DNA of 64,000 nt from Thermoanaerobaculia bacterium (GTDB taxonomy: Bacteria > Acidobacteriota > Thermoanaerobaculia > UBA5066): the NCBI GenBank assembly GCA_963719225.1, contig CAVRAY010000001.1, positions 512,001 through 576,000 of the forward strand, written 5' to 3'. Positions within the stretch are counted from its first letter, which is position 1, and each line of letters starts with the position of its first letter. This document shows, in pieces, positions 1 to 8,411 of this stretch. Made by a program: the position numbers and the translations under genes. The notes below the pieces were generated by a model. It was not told the DNA's origin. It did no database searches and saw only the letters and a list, made by a program, of their open reading frames with translations.

Positions 1-297
1 GCGGCCGCGTCGCTGGGGGCCTACCACTCCCTGGAGCTCCCGTTCGTTTTCGGCACGCTCGGGAACTTCCCGGGTTTCACGCCGTCCGCGCGCGAACTCG
101 CGCTCTCGGGCGCGATGAACGCTTACTGGGCCCGCTTCGCCGCGAACGGGGATCCGAACGGCGCGGGGGTGACTCCCTGGCCGCGCTACGACCCGGCCGT
201 CGATCCGTTTCTCGACCTCGACAACACGATCTTCTCCGGCGCGGGGGTCCGCACGGCGCGCTGCGACTTCTGGGACGCGCTCGTGGCCCCGCCATGA
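1..297 (+). CDS. Carboxylesterase type B family, C-terminal part (5' truncated by window)
   Basis: Frame 1 is open from base 1: GAYHSLELPFVFG...AMNAYWARFAANGDPN...WPRY, typical of the COesterase C-terminus with the catalytic His. Confidence 0.85.
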   Translation, partial: AAASLGAYHSLELPFVFGTLGNFPGFTPSARELALSGAMNAYWARFAANGDPNGAGVTPWPRYDPAVDPFLDLDNTIFSGAGVRTARCDFWDALVAPP

Positions 298-325
298 TCC
301 CCGGTCCTCGCGACATAATCCCCCC

Positions 326-1276
326 ATGAAGTCGCTCTTTCCCGAGATCGAGCCCTTCCGCTCCTTCCGTCTGCGCGTCTCGGAAATCCACGAGCTGCAC
401 GTGGAGGAAGCCGGAAACCCTTCGGGACCTCCCGTCATCTTCTTTCATGGCGGGCCCGGCGCGGGCATCTCGCCTCTCCACCGCCGGTTCTTCGATCCGG
501 CGTTCTGGCGCGTCGTTCTGTTCGATCAGCGCGGCTCGGGGAAGTCGACGCCTCTCGGCGAGCTGCGCGAGAACACGACGGGAGACCTCGTCGAGGATAC
601 CGAGCGCATCCGGACGCACCTCGGCATCGAGAAGTGGCTCGTGTTCGGCGGGTCGTGGGGCTCGACGCTCGGCCTTGCGTACGCCGAGCGGCATCCCGCC
701 CGCGTCACGGGGCTCATCCTCCGAGGGATTTTTCTGGCCCGGAAATCCGAGCTCGAGTGGAGCTTCTCGGACGGCGTACGGCACATCTGGCCGGACGCGT
801 GGGAGGCTTTCGTGGCGCCCCTGACGCCGCGGGAACGCGGCTCCATCGTGCGCGCCTACTACCGGCGCCTCACCTCGGAGGACCCGTCGGAACGAAGGGC
901 CGCCGCGCTCGCGTGGAACGCCTTCGAGGGGATCGCGAGCCACGTCGTCTGCGATCCCAAGCCTCCGGAGGACCAGGACATCGAGCGCGAGATCGCGCTC
1001 GCGCGAATCGAAGCGCACTACTTCATGAACGAATCGTTCCTCGAGACCGACGACCAGCTCCTGCGCGACGCCTGGCGCCTGCGCGCGTTCAAGGGAGTCA
1101 TCGTGCAGGGACGCTACGACCTCGTCTGCCCGATGCAGTCCGCCTGGGAACTCGCGGCCGCCTGGCCCGAGGCGCGCCTCGTCGTCGTGCCGGCGGCGGG
1201 CCACGCGGCGGACGAGCCCGGCATCGCGAGCGCGCTCGTCGAGGCGACCGAGGCCTTCAAGGCTTCGGCCCGCTGA
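326..1276 (+). CDS. pip: Proline iminopeptidase (S33)
   Basis: HGGPG, FDQRGSG, GGSWGS nucleophile elbow, GRYD, AGH catalytic His. Confidence 0.95.
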   Translation: MKSLFPEIEPFRSFRLRVSEIHELHVEEAGNPSGPPVIFFHGGPGAGISPLHRRFFDPAFWRVVLFDQRGSGKSTPLGELRENTTGDLVEDTERIRTHLGIEKWLVFGGSWGSTLGLAYAERHPARVTGLILRGIFLARKSELEWSFSDGVRHIWPDAWEAFVAPLTPRERGSIVRAYYRRLTSEDPSERRAAALAWNAFEGIASHVVCDPKPPEDQDIEREIALARIEAHYFMNESFLETDDQLLRDAWRLRAFKGVIVQGRYDLVCPMQSAWELAAAWPEARLVVVPAAGHAADEPGIASALVEATEAFKASAR

Positions 1277-1342
1277 TCCGATTTCCCTCAACGCTTTTGG
1301 CGCCGCGGAAGCCTCGTCAAATGAAGAGCGTAGGAGGCCGAC

Positions 1343-3133
1343 TCATCCCCTTTCGAGGCGCGCCGTCAGGAGCTCGCGCTGCAAGACGAGCTCTTTCGGC
1401 ATCGTGGCCGCGAGCTTCGTGAAGAACTCGCCCTGGTCCTTGAGCTCGGTTTTCCACGCCTCGATGTCGATGGACTCGGCCTCGTCCACGTCCTCCAGCG
1501 GCACGGACATGCCGGAAAGGTCGAACTCGGCCTGATGCGGGACCCACCCGAGCGCCGTCTCCCAGCCGCCGGTGCGACGGTGGGCGCGGTCGATGATCCA
1601 CTTCAGGACGCGCATGTTCTCGCCGAAGCCGGGCCACAGGAACCGCCCGTCCGCGCCCTTGCGGAACCAGTTCACCTGGAAAATCTTGGGCAGGTCCTTG
1701 ATGGCCGTCGCCATCTCCAGCCAGTGGTCGAAGTACCTGCCCATGTCGTAGCCGCAGAACGGGAGCATCGCCATCGGGTCGCGGCGCACGACGCCCACCT
1801 TTCCGGTTGCGGCGGCGGTCGTCTCCGAACCGAGCGTCGCGCCCATGTAGATGCCGTGCACCCAGTTGAAGGCCTGGACGACGAGCGGCACCGTCGTGGA
1901 GCGGCGGCCGCCGAAGACGATCGCCGCGATGGGCACGCCCTCCGGATCGTTCACGTGCGGCGAGAGGTGCGGGTTGTTCGTCATGGGCGACGTGAAGCGG
2001 CTGTTGGGATGCGCCGCTTTCTCGGGGGAGCCCTTTCTCCACGGGCGGCCCTGCCAGTCGATGAGCTCCTCGGGCACCTCGCCGTCCTTGCCCTCCCACC
2101 ACACGTCGCCGTCCGGCGTCATGGCCACGTTCGTGTAGATCGTGTCCCTCGAGATGGTGCGCATCGCGGTGGGGTTCGTGGCGTGGTTCGTCCCGGGCGC
2201 CACGCCGAAATACCCGGCCTCGGGGTTGATGGCCCACAGCCGGCCGTCGGAGCCGGGACGCATCCAGCAGATGTCGTCCCCCACGGTCCAGACCTTCCAG
2301 CGTTCGAAGCGCTTCGGCGGGATGAGCATGGCGAAGTTCGTCTTGCCGCACGCGCTCGGAAACGCCGCGGCCACGTAGGTCGTCTCGCCGTTCGGGTCCT
2401 CGACGCCGACGATCATCATGTGCTCGGCCATCCAGCCCTCGCGCCGCCCCAGGTACGAGCCGATGCGCAGGGCGAGGCACTTCTTTCCGAGCAGGACGTT
2501 GCCGCCGTATCCGCTGCCGATGGACCAGACGGCGTTGTCCTCCGGGAAGTGGCAGATGAACCGGCGGTCCGGGTCGAGGTCGAGCATCGCGTGGAGCCCG
2601 CGGTTGAAGTCGTTCGAGTCGCCGAGCGCGTCGAGGGCGCGCTGGCCCATCCGCGTCATGATCCCCATGTTCAGGACGACGTAGAGGCTGTCCGTGAGCT
2701 CCACGCCGACCTTCGACATCGGAGATCCCAGGGGCCCCATGACGTACGGAACGACGTAGAGCGTGCGGCCGCTCATCGAGCCGTCGAAGAGCCGGGAGAG
2801 CTTCTGGTACGCGTCCTGAGGCGACATCCAGTTGTTCGTGGGACCCGCTTCTTCCCTCGTTTTCGTGCAGATGAACGTGAGCTGCTCGACGCGCGCCACG
2901 TCGTTCGGGTGCGAGCGGTGGAGATAGCAGCCCGGGAGCTTTTCCTGGTTGAGCGGGATGAGGATCCCGAGGCGCACGGCCTCGCGCGTCAGCGTGTCCT
3001 TCTCGGCGGCCGATCCGTCGCACCAGACCACGCGGTCCGGCTTCGTCAGCCGGACGCATTCCTCGATCCACGAGAGGAGATGCGTGTTCCGCGAAAGCGG
3101 GGTGCCGATGCCTGTCGCGAGCGCTGAGCTCAT
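1343..3133 (-). CDS. pckG: Phosphoenolpyruvate carboxykinase (GTP)
   Basis: FPSACGKTN, VGDDI, NPEAGYFG, AHPNSRF, DPMAMLPFCGY, WPGFGEN motifs. Confidence 0.97.
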   Translation of the reverse strand: MSSALATGIGTPLSRNTHLLSWIEECVRLTKPDRVVWCDGSAAEKDTLTREAVRLGILIPLNQEKLPGCYLHRSHPNDVARVEQLTFICTKTREEAGPTNNWMSPQDAYQKLSRLFDGSMSGRTLYVVPYVMGPLGSPMSKVGVELTDSLYVVLNMGIMTRMGQRALDALGDSNDFNRGLHAMLDLDPDRRFICHFPEDNAVWSIGSGYGGNVLLGKKCLALRIGSYLGRREGWMAEHMMIVGVEDPNGETTYVAAAFPSACGKTNFAMLIPPKRFERWKVWTVGDDICWMRPGSDGRLWAINPEAGYFGVAPGTNHATNPTAMRTISRDTIYTNVAMTPDGDVWWEGKDGEVPEELIDWQGRPWRKGSPEKAAHPNSRFTSPMTNNPHLSPHVNDPEGVPIAAIVFGGRRSTTVPLVVQAFNWVHGIYMGATLGSETTAAATGKVGVVRRDPMAMLPFCGYDMGRYFDHWLEMATAIKDLPKIFQVNWFRKGADGRFLWPGFGENMRVLKWIIDRAHRRTGGWETALGWVPHQAEFDLSGMSVPLEDVDEAESIDIEAWKTELKDQGEFFTKLAATMPKELVLQRELLTARLERG

Positions 3134-3209
3134 GGAACTCCTGAGGGCGTCGGCCGCACGGGCGGCGCAAGCCCGAAAATAGCACGGGGACCTTTTCTGC
3201 TACGGTGAG

Positions 3210-4055
3210 ATGGTGCATCGCCTCGTGCGCCTTTACCCCAGGAAGGCCGGTTCCCGCGCGGTGGGCGCGCTCGCGCGGATGCGCCTCTCGGAAGGGCTGC
3301 GCCGCCCGTTCCTCGGGCGCTTCGCCGCCGCGTTCGGCGCGAACCTCGACGAGGCCGAAAAGGACCTCGGCGCGTACGTCTCCTTCCTCGACTTCTTCAC
3401 GCGGCGGCTGAAGCCGGGCGCGAGGCCTCAGGCTCCCGCGGTGCCGGGCGGGATCAACTCTCCGGTGGACGGCGAGGTGATCGCCGAGGGCCGCGTGAAG
3501 GAGGGAACGCTCCTCCAGGCCAAAGGGCTGGAGTACCCCCTCGGCGAGCTGATGGACGGGGATCCCCTGACGCCGGAATTCGCGCGCGCGCGCTACGCGA
3601 CGCTCTACCTCGCCCCGAAGGACTATCACCGCATCCACGTCCCGCTCGCGGGGGCGTGCGTCGCGGTGGGTCGCGTGGAAGGCGAGCTCTGGCCGGTGAA
3701 CGCCTCGTCCACGGCTTCGACGCCGCGGCTCTACGTGAGGAACCGCCGCGCCTACTGGATCGCTCGCGGCGAACGGGAGTCCGAAGGCCTCGTCGTGGCC
3801 GTCGTCATGGTCGCGGCGACGCACGTGGGCGGCGTCGTCGTCGACCCGCGCTGGCTCGGGGGCCGCGCCCTGCCGCGCCGCGGCCGGCTCGAGGTGGCGC
3901 ATCTCCCGTGCGCGAGCGGCGACGATCTCGGCGCATTCGAGCTCGGCTCGACGGTGGTCCTCCTCGTCGGCGGCGGGGGATCGGACCGCTGGGATCTGTC
4001 GCGCGGCCTCGGGCCGGTCCACGTGGGGGAAAGGCTCGGCCTTTTCACCGGCTAA
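3210..4055 (+). CDS. psd: Phosphatidylserine decarboxylase proenzyme
   Basis: FFTRRLK, SPVDG, YLAPKDYHRIH and the FELGSTV autocleavage motif. Confidence 0.92.
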   Translation: MVHRLVRLYPRKAGSRAVGALARMRLSEGLRRPFLGRFAAAFGANLDEAEKDLGAYVSFLDFFTRRLKPGARPQAPAVPGGINSPVDGEVIAEGRVKEGTLLQAKGLEYPLGELMDGDPLTPEFARARYATLYLAPKDYHRIHVPLAGACVAVGRVEGELWPVNASSTASTPRLYVRNRRAYWIARGERESEGLVVAVVMVAATHVGGVVVDPRWLGGRALPRRGRLEVAHLPCASGDDLGAFELGSTVVLLVGGGGSDRWDLSRGLGPVHVGERLGLFTG

Positions 4056-4161
4056 ACTCTCCCCGCCAAAGTGAGGAGAGATCTCGCATGAACCGGCGGT
4101 CGGCGCAGCTTTCCGGTGTCCTCCTGGGCGCCTGGGAGAAAAAGCCGTAAGACACGCCGCG

Positions 4162-5616
4162 GTGCTGCTCGTCCTCGCCGCCGCCGGGCCGCTCGCGGCC
4201 GCGCCCGGCGGCACGCTGCGCTGGGGCGGCGACGCGGAAGGCGGCGCGCCGTTCGTCGAGGCGGACCCGGCCGATCCCGCCCGCGTGCGCGGCTTCGACG
4301 TGGAGATCGCCGAGGCGCTCGCAAGAGGCCTCGGGCGGACGCCGCAATTCGTGCAGGTGGCGTTCCAGTCGATCGACCAGTCCGCCCAGCGCGGCGATTT
4401 CGACATCGGCCTTTCGGGGATGGAGGACACGCCGGCCCGCCGCGCCGCGCTCTCGGTGACGGTGCCGTACTTCGAGTTTCGAGAAGTGCTCGCCGTGCGC
4501 GCCTCCGACGTGGGCCGGTTCCGGACGCTGGCCGACTTCAGGAGCAGGAGGATCGGCACCCTCGCCGGCACGATCGCGTACGACATCCTCCTGAAGGCGC
4601 GCGCGGAGCAGGGCGTCCTGCCCGTGTCGTACGACGACGACGTCCACCCGTACGAAGACCTCGCCCGCGGGCGCCTCGACGCGGTCCTCCTCGACCACGT
4701 CCTCGCGGCGCGCTCGCTGAAGCGCGTCCCGGGCCTCGCGGTCCTGCCCGAAACGGTCGCGACCGGGCGCTACGTCGGCGTCCTCGCGAAGGAGAACGCC
4801 GCGCTGCGAGACGAAATAGACGTCCTGCTGAAGCAAATGATGCGGGACGGGACGCTGCGGAAGATCTTCGGGAAGTGGAACGTCTGGGACGAGGAGCAGG
4901 CTGCCTTCCAGGCACAAGAAGAGAAGAGGAAGATTTCTTCCCTCCCCTCTTCCCCTTCTAAGAAATCTTCTCTCTCTCTAATTCTTTCTTACTTGCCTTC
5001 CCTCTTCCGCGCCGCGCTCGTGACGATCGTCCTCTCGTGCGTGGCGATGGCGCTCGCCGTCGCCCTCGGGATCGTCATCGCGAGCGGCCGCATTTACGGA
5101 GGCGTTCTCGTGCGCGCGGCGCTCACGGGATACGTGGAGCTCGTCCGCGGCACGCCGGTGCTCCTCCAGCTCTTCGTCCTCTATTACGGCCTCTCGTCCG
5201 TCGTGCGCCTGCCGGCCTTCGTCGCCGCGCTCCTCGGTCTCGGGCTGAACTACGCGGCCTACGAGAGCGAGATCTACCGCGGCGCGCTCGAGGCCGTGCC
5301 GCGGGGACAGCTCGAGGCCGCGCGCACTCTCGGGCTCACGGAAGGACAGATCCTGCGCCTCGTGCGCGGTCCCCAGGCCTTCCGCCTCGCGCTCGCGCCC
5401 ATGACGAACGACTTCGTCGCGCTGCTCAAAGATTCCTCTCTCGTCTCGGTCGTGACCGTCGTCGAGCTCACGAAGCAGACGGCGATCTTCGCCACGAACG
5501 TCGGAAGCTGGGCGCTCCCCGGCGCGCTCTGCGCGGCGCTGTACCTCGCGATGTCTCTTCCGCTCTCTCGCCTCGCCCGGCGCCTGGAGGAACGGTGGAA
5601 CGCGCCCTCGGCCTGA
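4162..5616 (+). CDS. Polar amino-acid ABC transporter, substrate-binding + permease fusion
   Basis: SBP_bac_3 motifs (GFDVEIA, GDFD) followed by a HisM-type permease (RGTPVLLQL, EIYRGA..VPRGQLEAA, KDSSL). Start is uncertain. Confidence 0.9.
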   Translation: MLLVLAAAGPLAAAPGGTLRWGGDAEGGAPFVEADPADPARVRGFDVEIAEALARGLGRTPQFVQVAFQSIDQSAQRGDFDIGLSGMEDTPARRAALSVTVPYFEFREVLAVRASDVGRFRTLADFRSRRIGTLAGTIAYDILLKARAEQGVLPVSYDDDVHPYEDLARGRLDAVLLDHVLAARSLKRVPGLAVLPETVATGRYVGVLAKENAALRDEIDVLLKQMMRDGTLRKIFGKWNVWDEEQAAFQAQEEKRKISSLPSSPSKKSSLSLILSYLPSLFRAALVTIVLSCVAMALAVALGIVIASGRIYGGVLVRAALTGYVELVRGTPVLLQLFVLYYGLSSVVRLPAFVAALLGLGLNYAAYESEIYRGALEAVPRGQLEAARTLGLTEGQILRLVRGPQAFRLALAPMTNDFVALLKDSSLVSVVTVVELTKQTAIFATNVGSWALPGALCAALYLAMSLPLSRLARRLEERWNAPSA

Positions 5617-6368
5617 GGTCGCCGCTGCTGTCGATCAGCGGCCTCCGCCTGTCGCGCGGCGCGGTGGAGGTCGTGAAAGGTGTGGATCTCGCGCTCGAGC
5701 GCGGCGAGCTCGTGGCCCTCATGGGCCCTTCGGGCTGCGGAAAGACGACGATCCTGCGCGCCGTGGCCGCGCTCGAGCCTTTCCAGGCCGGCGCGATCCG
5801 CGTGGACGGCGTGCCGCTCTCTCCCGGGCCGATGCTTCGCGAATCGGCGTTGTCCGAGCTCCGCCGCAAGGTGGGTCTCGTCTTCCAGCTCCACTGCCTC
5901 TTCGACCACCTGTCCGCTCTCGACAACGTCACCCTCGCCCCCATCCACGTGCTGCGGCATTCGCGCACGGAAGCGGAGGAGCGGGCGCTCGCTCTTCTCG
6001 CGAGGCTCGGCGTCGCCGCCCGCGCCCGTTCGAAGCCCCGCGAGCTCTCCGGCGGCGAGGCACAGCGCGTGGCGATTGCGCGGGCTCTCGCGGTCGATCC
6101 CCCTCTGCTCCTGATGGACGAGCCCACCGCATCGCTCGATCCGGCGCGCAGGAACGAGCTCGGGGAGTCGCTGGAGAAGCTGACCGCTCAGGGGCGGTCG
6201 CTCCTCGTGGCGACGCACGACGACGACTTCGCCCGGGACTACGCCACGCGCGTCGTGGTCCTTTCCGGCGGCGTCGTCGTGGAGGACGGCCCCCCGGGCG
6301 AGGTCCTCGTGACCCCCCGGCACCCCGCTACGGCCCAGCTTCTGCAGTCGAAAGGGAAGAAGGTCTAG
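5595..6368 (+). CDS. Amino-acid ABC transporter ATP-binding protein (GlnQ-like)
   Basis: GPSGCGKT, LSGGE, LMDEP, H-loop. GTG at 5595 follows GGAGG; the track start at 5037 is over-extended. Confidence 0.9.
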   Translation: MERALGLRSPLLSISGLRLSRGAVEVVKGVDLALERGELVALMGPSGCGKTTILRAVAALEPFQAGAIRVDGVPLSPGPMLRESALSELRRKVGLVFQLHCLFDHLSALDNVTLAPIHVLRHSRTEAEERALALLARLGVAARARSKPRELSGGEAQRVAIARALAVDPPLLLMDEPTASLDPARRNELGESLEKLTAQGRSLLVATHDDDFARDYATRVVVLSGGVVVEDGPPGEVLVTPRHPATAQLLQSKGKKV

Positions 6369-6397
6369 GGGGCAGGTGCTACCCTTTTTGGGAGCAC

Positions 6398-7390
6398 ATG
6401 GCAACCGCAAGGCGCCTCAGGCAGACGATTCTCAGGGAGGCGGTCCGCGAAAACGTGGACGTCATCGAAAAACGTCTGCCCAGGGGCCTGAGGCGCGCCG
6501 ACCGCTTTCGAAGGCATCTCTTCCGCACCTCCGTCTTCATCGTCGTGCCGCTCGCCCTCTTCCTCTCCATCAACGCCCTGACGACGGGACGCGGCGAACG
6601 CACGGACGTCCTCGTCGTCGCGGGACCGTCCGCGGCCCCGCGGGTCCCCGCGGCCGTCATCAACGCTCCGAACGGCCTCGAACCCTCGCTCTTCCACCTC
6701 GAGGTGCGGTCCGTCGTGATCGACCCGGGACACGGGGGGCTGGATCCCGGAGCGGCGGCCTCCGGAGTCGTGGAAAAGGACGTGACGCTCGACGTCGCGC
6801 GGCGTCTCCGAGAGCTCCTCGTCGCCCAGAAGATCGCCGTATCGCTCACGCGCGACGCGGACACGACGCTGTCGCTGCGCGACCGCGTCTCGCTCGCGAA
6901 CGCGAAAAAAGCCGATCTCTTCGTGTCGATCCACGTGAACTCGCTGCCGGCCGTGAAGGAGAAGCGCGGCGTCGAGACGTATTTTCTCGGCACGACGACC
7001 GACCCGCACGTCCAGCGGCTCGCTCTCGACGAGAACCGAACCTCGGGCTACACGATGGCGGATTTCCGGCGCCTCCTCGAGGGCGTCCTCGCGGACTCGC
7101 GGCAGGGCGAGTCGCGCAAGTTCGCCGAGTCCGTGCAAGGGGGGCTCGTGAACGCGCTCCGCCCGGTCGTGCCCCGCCTGCAGGACCGCGGCGTGCGAAG
7201 CGCGCCCTTCGCGGTCCTCATCGCGACGGAAATGCCGGGTGTGCTCGCGGAGGTGTCGACGGTCTCGAACGAGGACGAGGCGCGCCATCTCCGGGATCCC
7301 GCGTATCGTCAGCAGATCGCGAGGGCTCTCTGCAACGGGATCCTCGCCTACGCGGAGTCGCGGAACCATCCGCCCTCCAAACGGAGTTGA
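6398..7390 (+). CDS. Membrane-anchored N-acetylmuramoyl-L-alanine amidase (Amidase_3)
   Basis: IDPGHGG, EKDVTL, SIHVN and LAEV zinc/catalytic residues; basic N-terminus followed by one hydrophobic segment (SVFIVVPLALFLSI). Confidence 0.93.
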   Translation: MATARRLRQTILREAVRENVDVIEKRLPRGLRRADRFRRHLFRTSVFIVVPLALFLSINALTTGRGERTDVLVVAGPSAAPRVPAAVINAPNGLEPSLFHLEVRSVVIDPGHGGLDPGAAASGVVEKDVTLDVARRLRELLVAQKIAVSLTRDADTTLSLRDRVSLANAKKADLFVSIHVNSLPAVKEKRGVETYFLGTTTDPHVQRLALDENRTSGYTMADFRRLLEGVLADSRQGESRKFAESVQGGLVNALRPVVPRLQDRGVRSAPFAVLIATEMPGVLAEVSTVSNEDEARHLRDPAYRQQIARALCNGILAYAESRNHPPSKRS

Positions 7391-7391
7391 C

Positions 7392-8411
7392 ATGAGCGGG
7401 AAGAAGGAAGTTCTCCACGTCGGCATCGACCTCGGCACGTCGCGCAGCGCGATCACGGCGTCGAACGGCGTGCATCACGTGGTCGAGAGCTACGTGGGAT
7501 GGCCCCTGGACATGGTAGCGAGGAAAGTCGTCAAGAAGCCGATCCTCTTCGGCGCCGAGGCCCTCGAGAACCGGCCGATGCTCGACCTGCACCGCCCGCT
7601 CGAGCGCGGCCTCATCAAGCAGGGCTCGGCGAAGGACGAGGAGGCCGTGCACGAGCTCCTGAAACACCTCATCTCGCTCGCCGGGAAGAAAGACGGCCAG
7701 TCCGTCCACGCCGTCGTGGGCGTGCCGGCCGAGGCGCTCCGCGTTTCGCGTTTGCACCTGCGCGGCGCCGTCAAGGGGATCGCCGACGCCCTGCTCATCG
7801 TGTCCGAGCCGTTCGCGGTGGCCTTCGGAATGGACGCGCTGCTGCACACGATGGTCATCGACATCGGCGCGGGGACCACGGACTTCTGCGTCATGAACGG
7901 GCGCTACCCGACCGAGGACGACCAGCGCACGCTGACGCACGCGGGCGACTCCATAGACGAGCAGCTCATGGCTCTCGTGAAGACGAGGCACCCGGACGGC
8001 CGCTTCTCGATCCACATGGTCCGCGACTGGAAGGAGAAGAACAGCTTCATCGGCAACGCGCCGGGACCGGTCGTCGTCCGGTTCCCGGTGAAGGGCAAGC
8101 CGGTCGATGTGGACATCACCGCCGAGATGAAGAAGGCCTGCGAGAGCGTCGTCGGCCCGATCGCCGAGACGATGCTCGATCTGCTCGCGAAGGTCGAGCC
8201 CGAATACCAGGAGAAGGTGCAGCGCAACGTCGTCCTGGCGGGCGGCGGCTCGCAGATGCCCGGTCTCGCCGCCGCGCTCGAGAAGACTCTCGCCGAGCTC
8301 GGCGGGGGCCGCGTGCGCGCCGTGGAGGATCCCGTCTTCGCGGGATCGAACGGCGGGCTCGCCATCGCGCTGGACGCGCCGGAAGGCGACTGGGAGCCGC
8401 TCTCGGCATGA
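7392..8411 (+). CDS. MamK-like actin-family ATPase
   Basis: GIDLGTS, VVGVPA, VSEPF, IDIGAGTTD, LAGGGS, DPVFAG and C-terminal W-x-x-L follow the MamK pattern rather than MreB (IEEP, DIGGGT). ATG at 7392 after GGAG. Confidence 0.88.
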   Translation: MSGKKEVLHVGIDLGTSRSAITASNGVHHVVESYVGWPLDMVARKVVKKPILFGAEALENRPMLDLHRPLERGLIKQGSAKDEEAVHELLKHLISLAGKKDGQSVHAVVGVPAEALRVSRLHLRGAVKGIADALLIVSEPFAVAFGMDALLHTMVIDIGAGTTDFCVMNGRYPTEDDQRTLTHAGDSIDEQLMALVKTRHPDGRFSIHMVRDWKEKNSFIGNAPGPVVVRFPVKGKPVDVDITAEMKKACESVVGPIAETMLDLLAKVEPEYQEKVQRNVVLAGGGSQMPGLAAALEKTLAELGGGRVRAVEDPVFAGSNGGLAIALDAPEGDWEPLSA

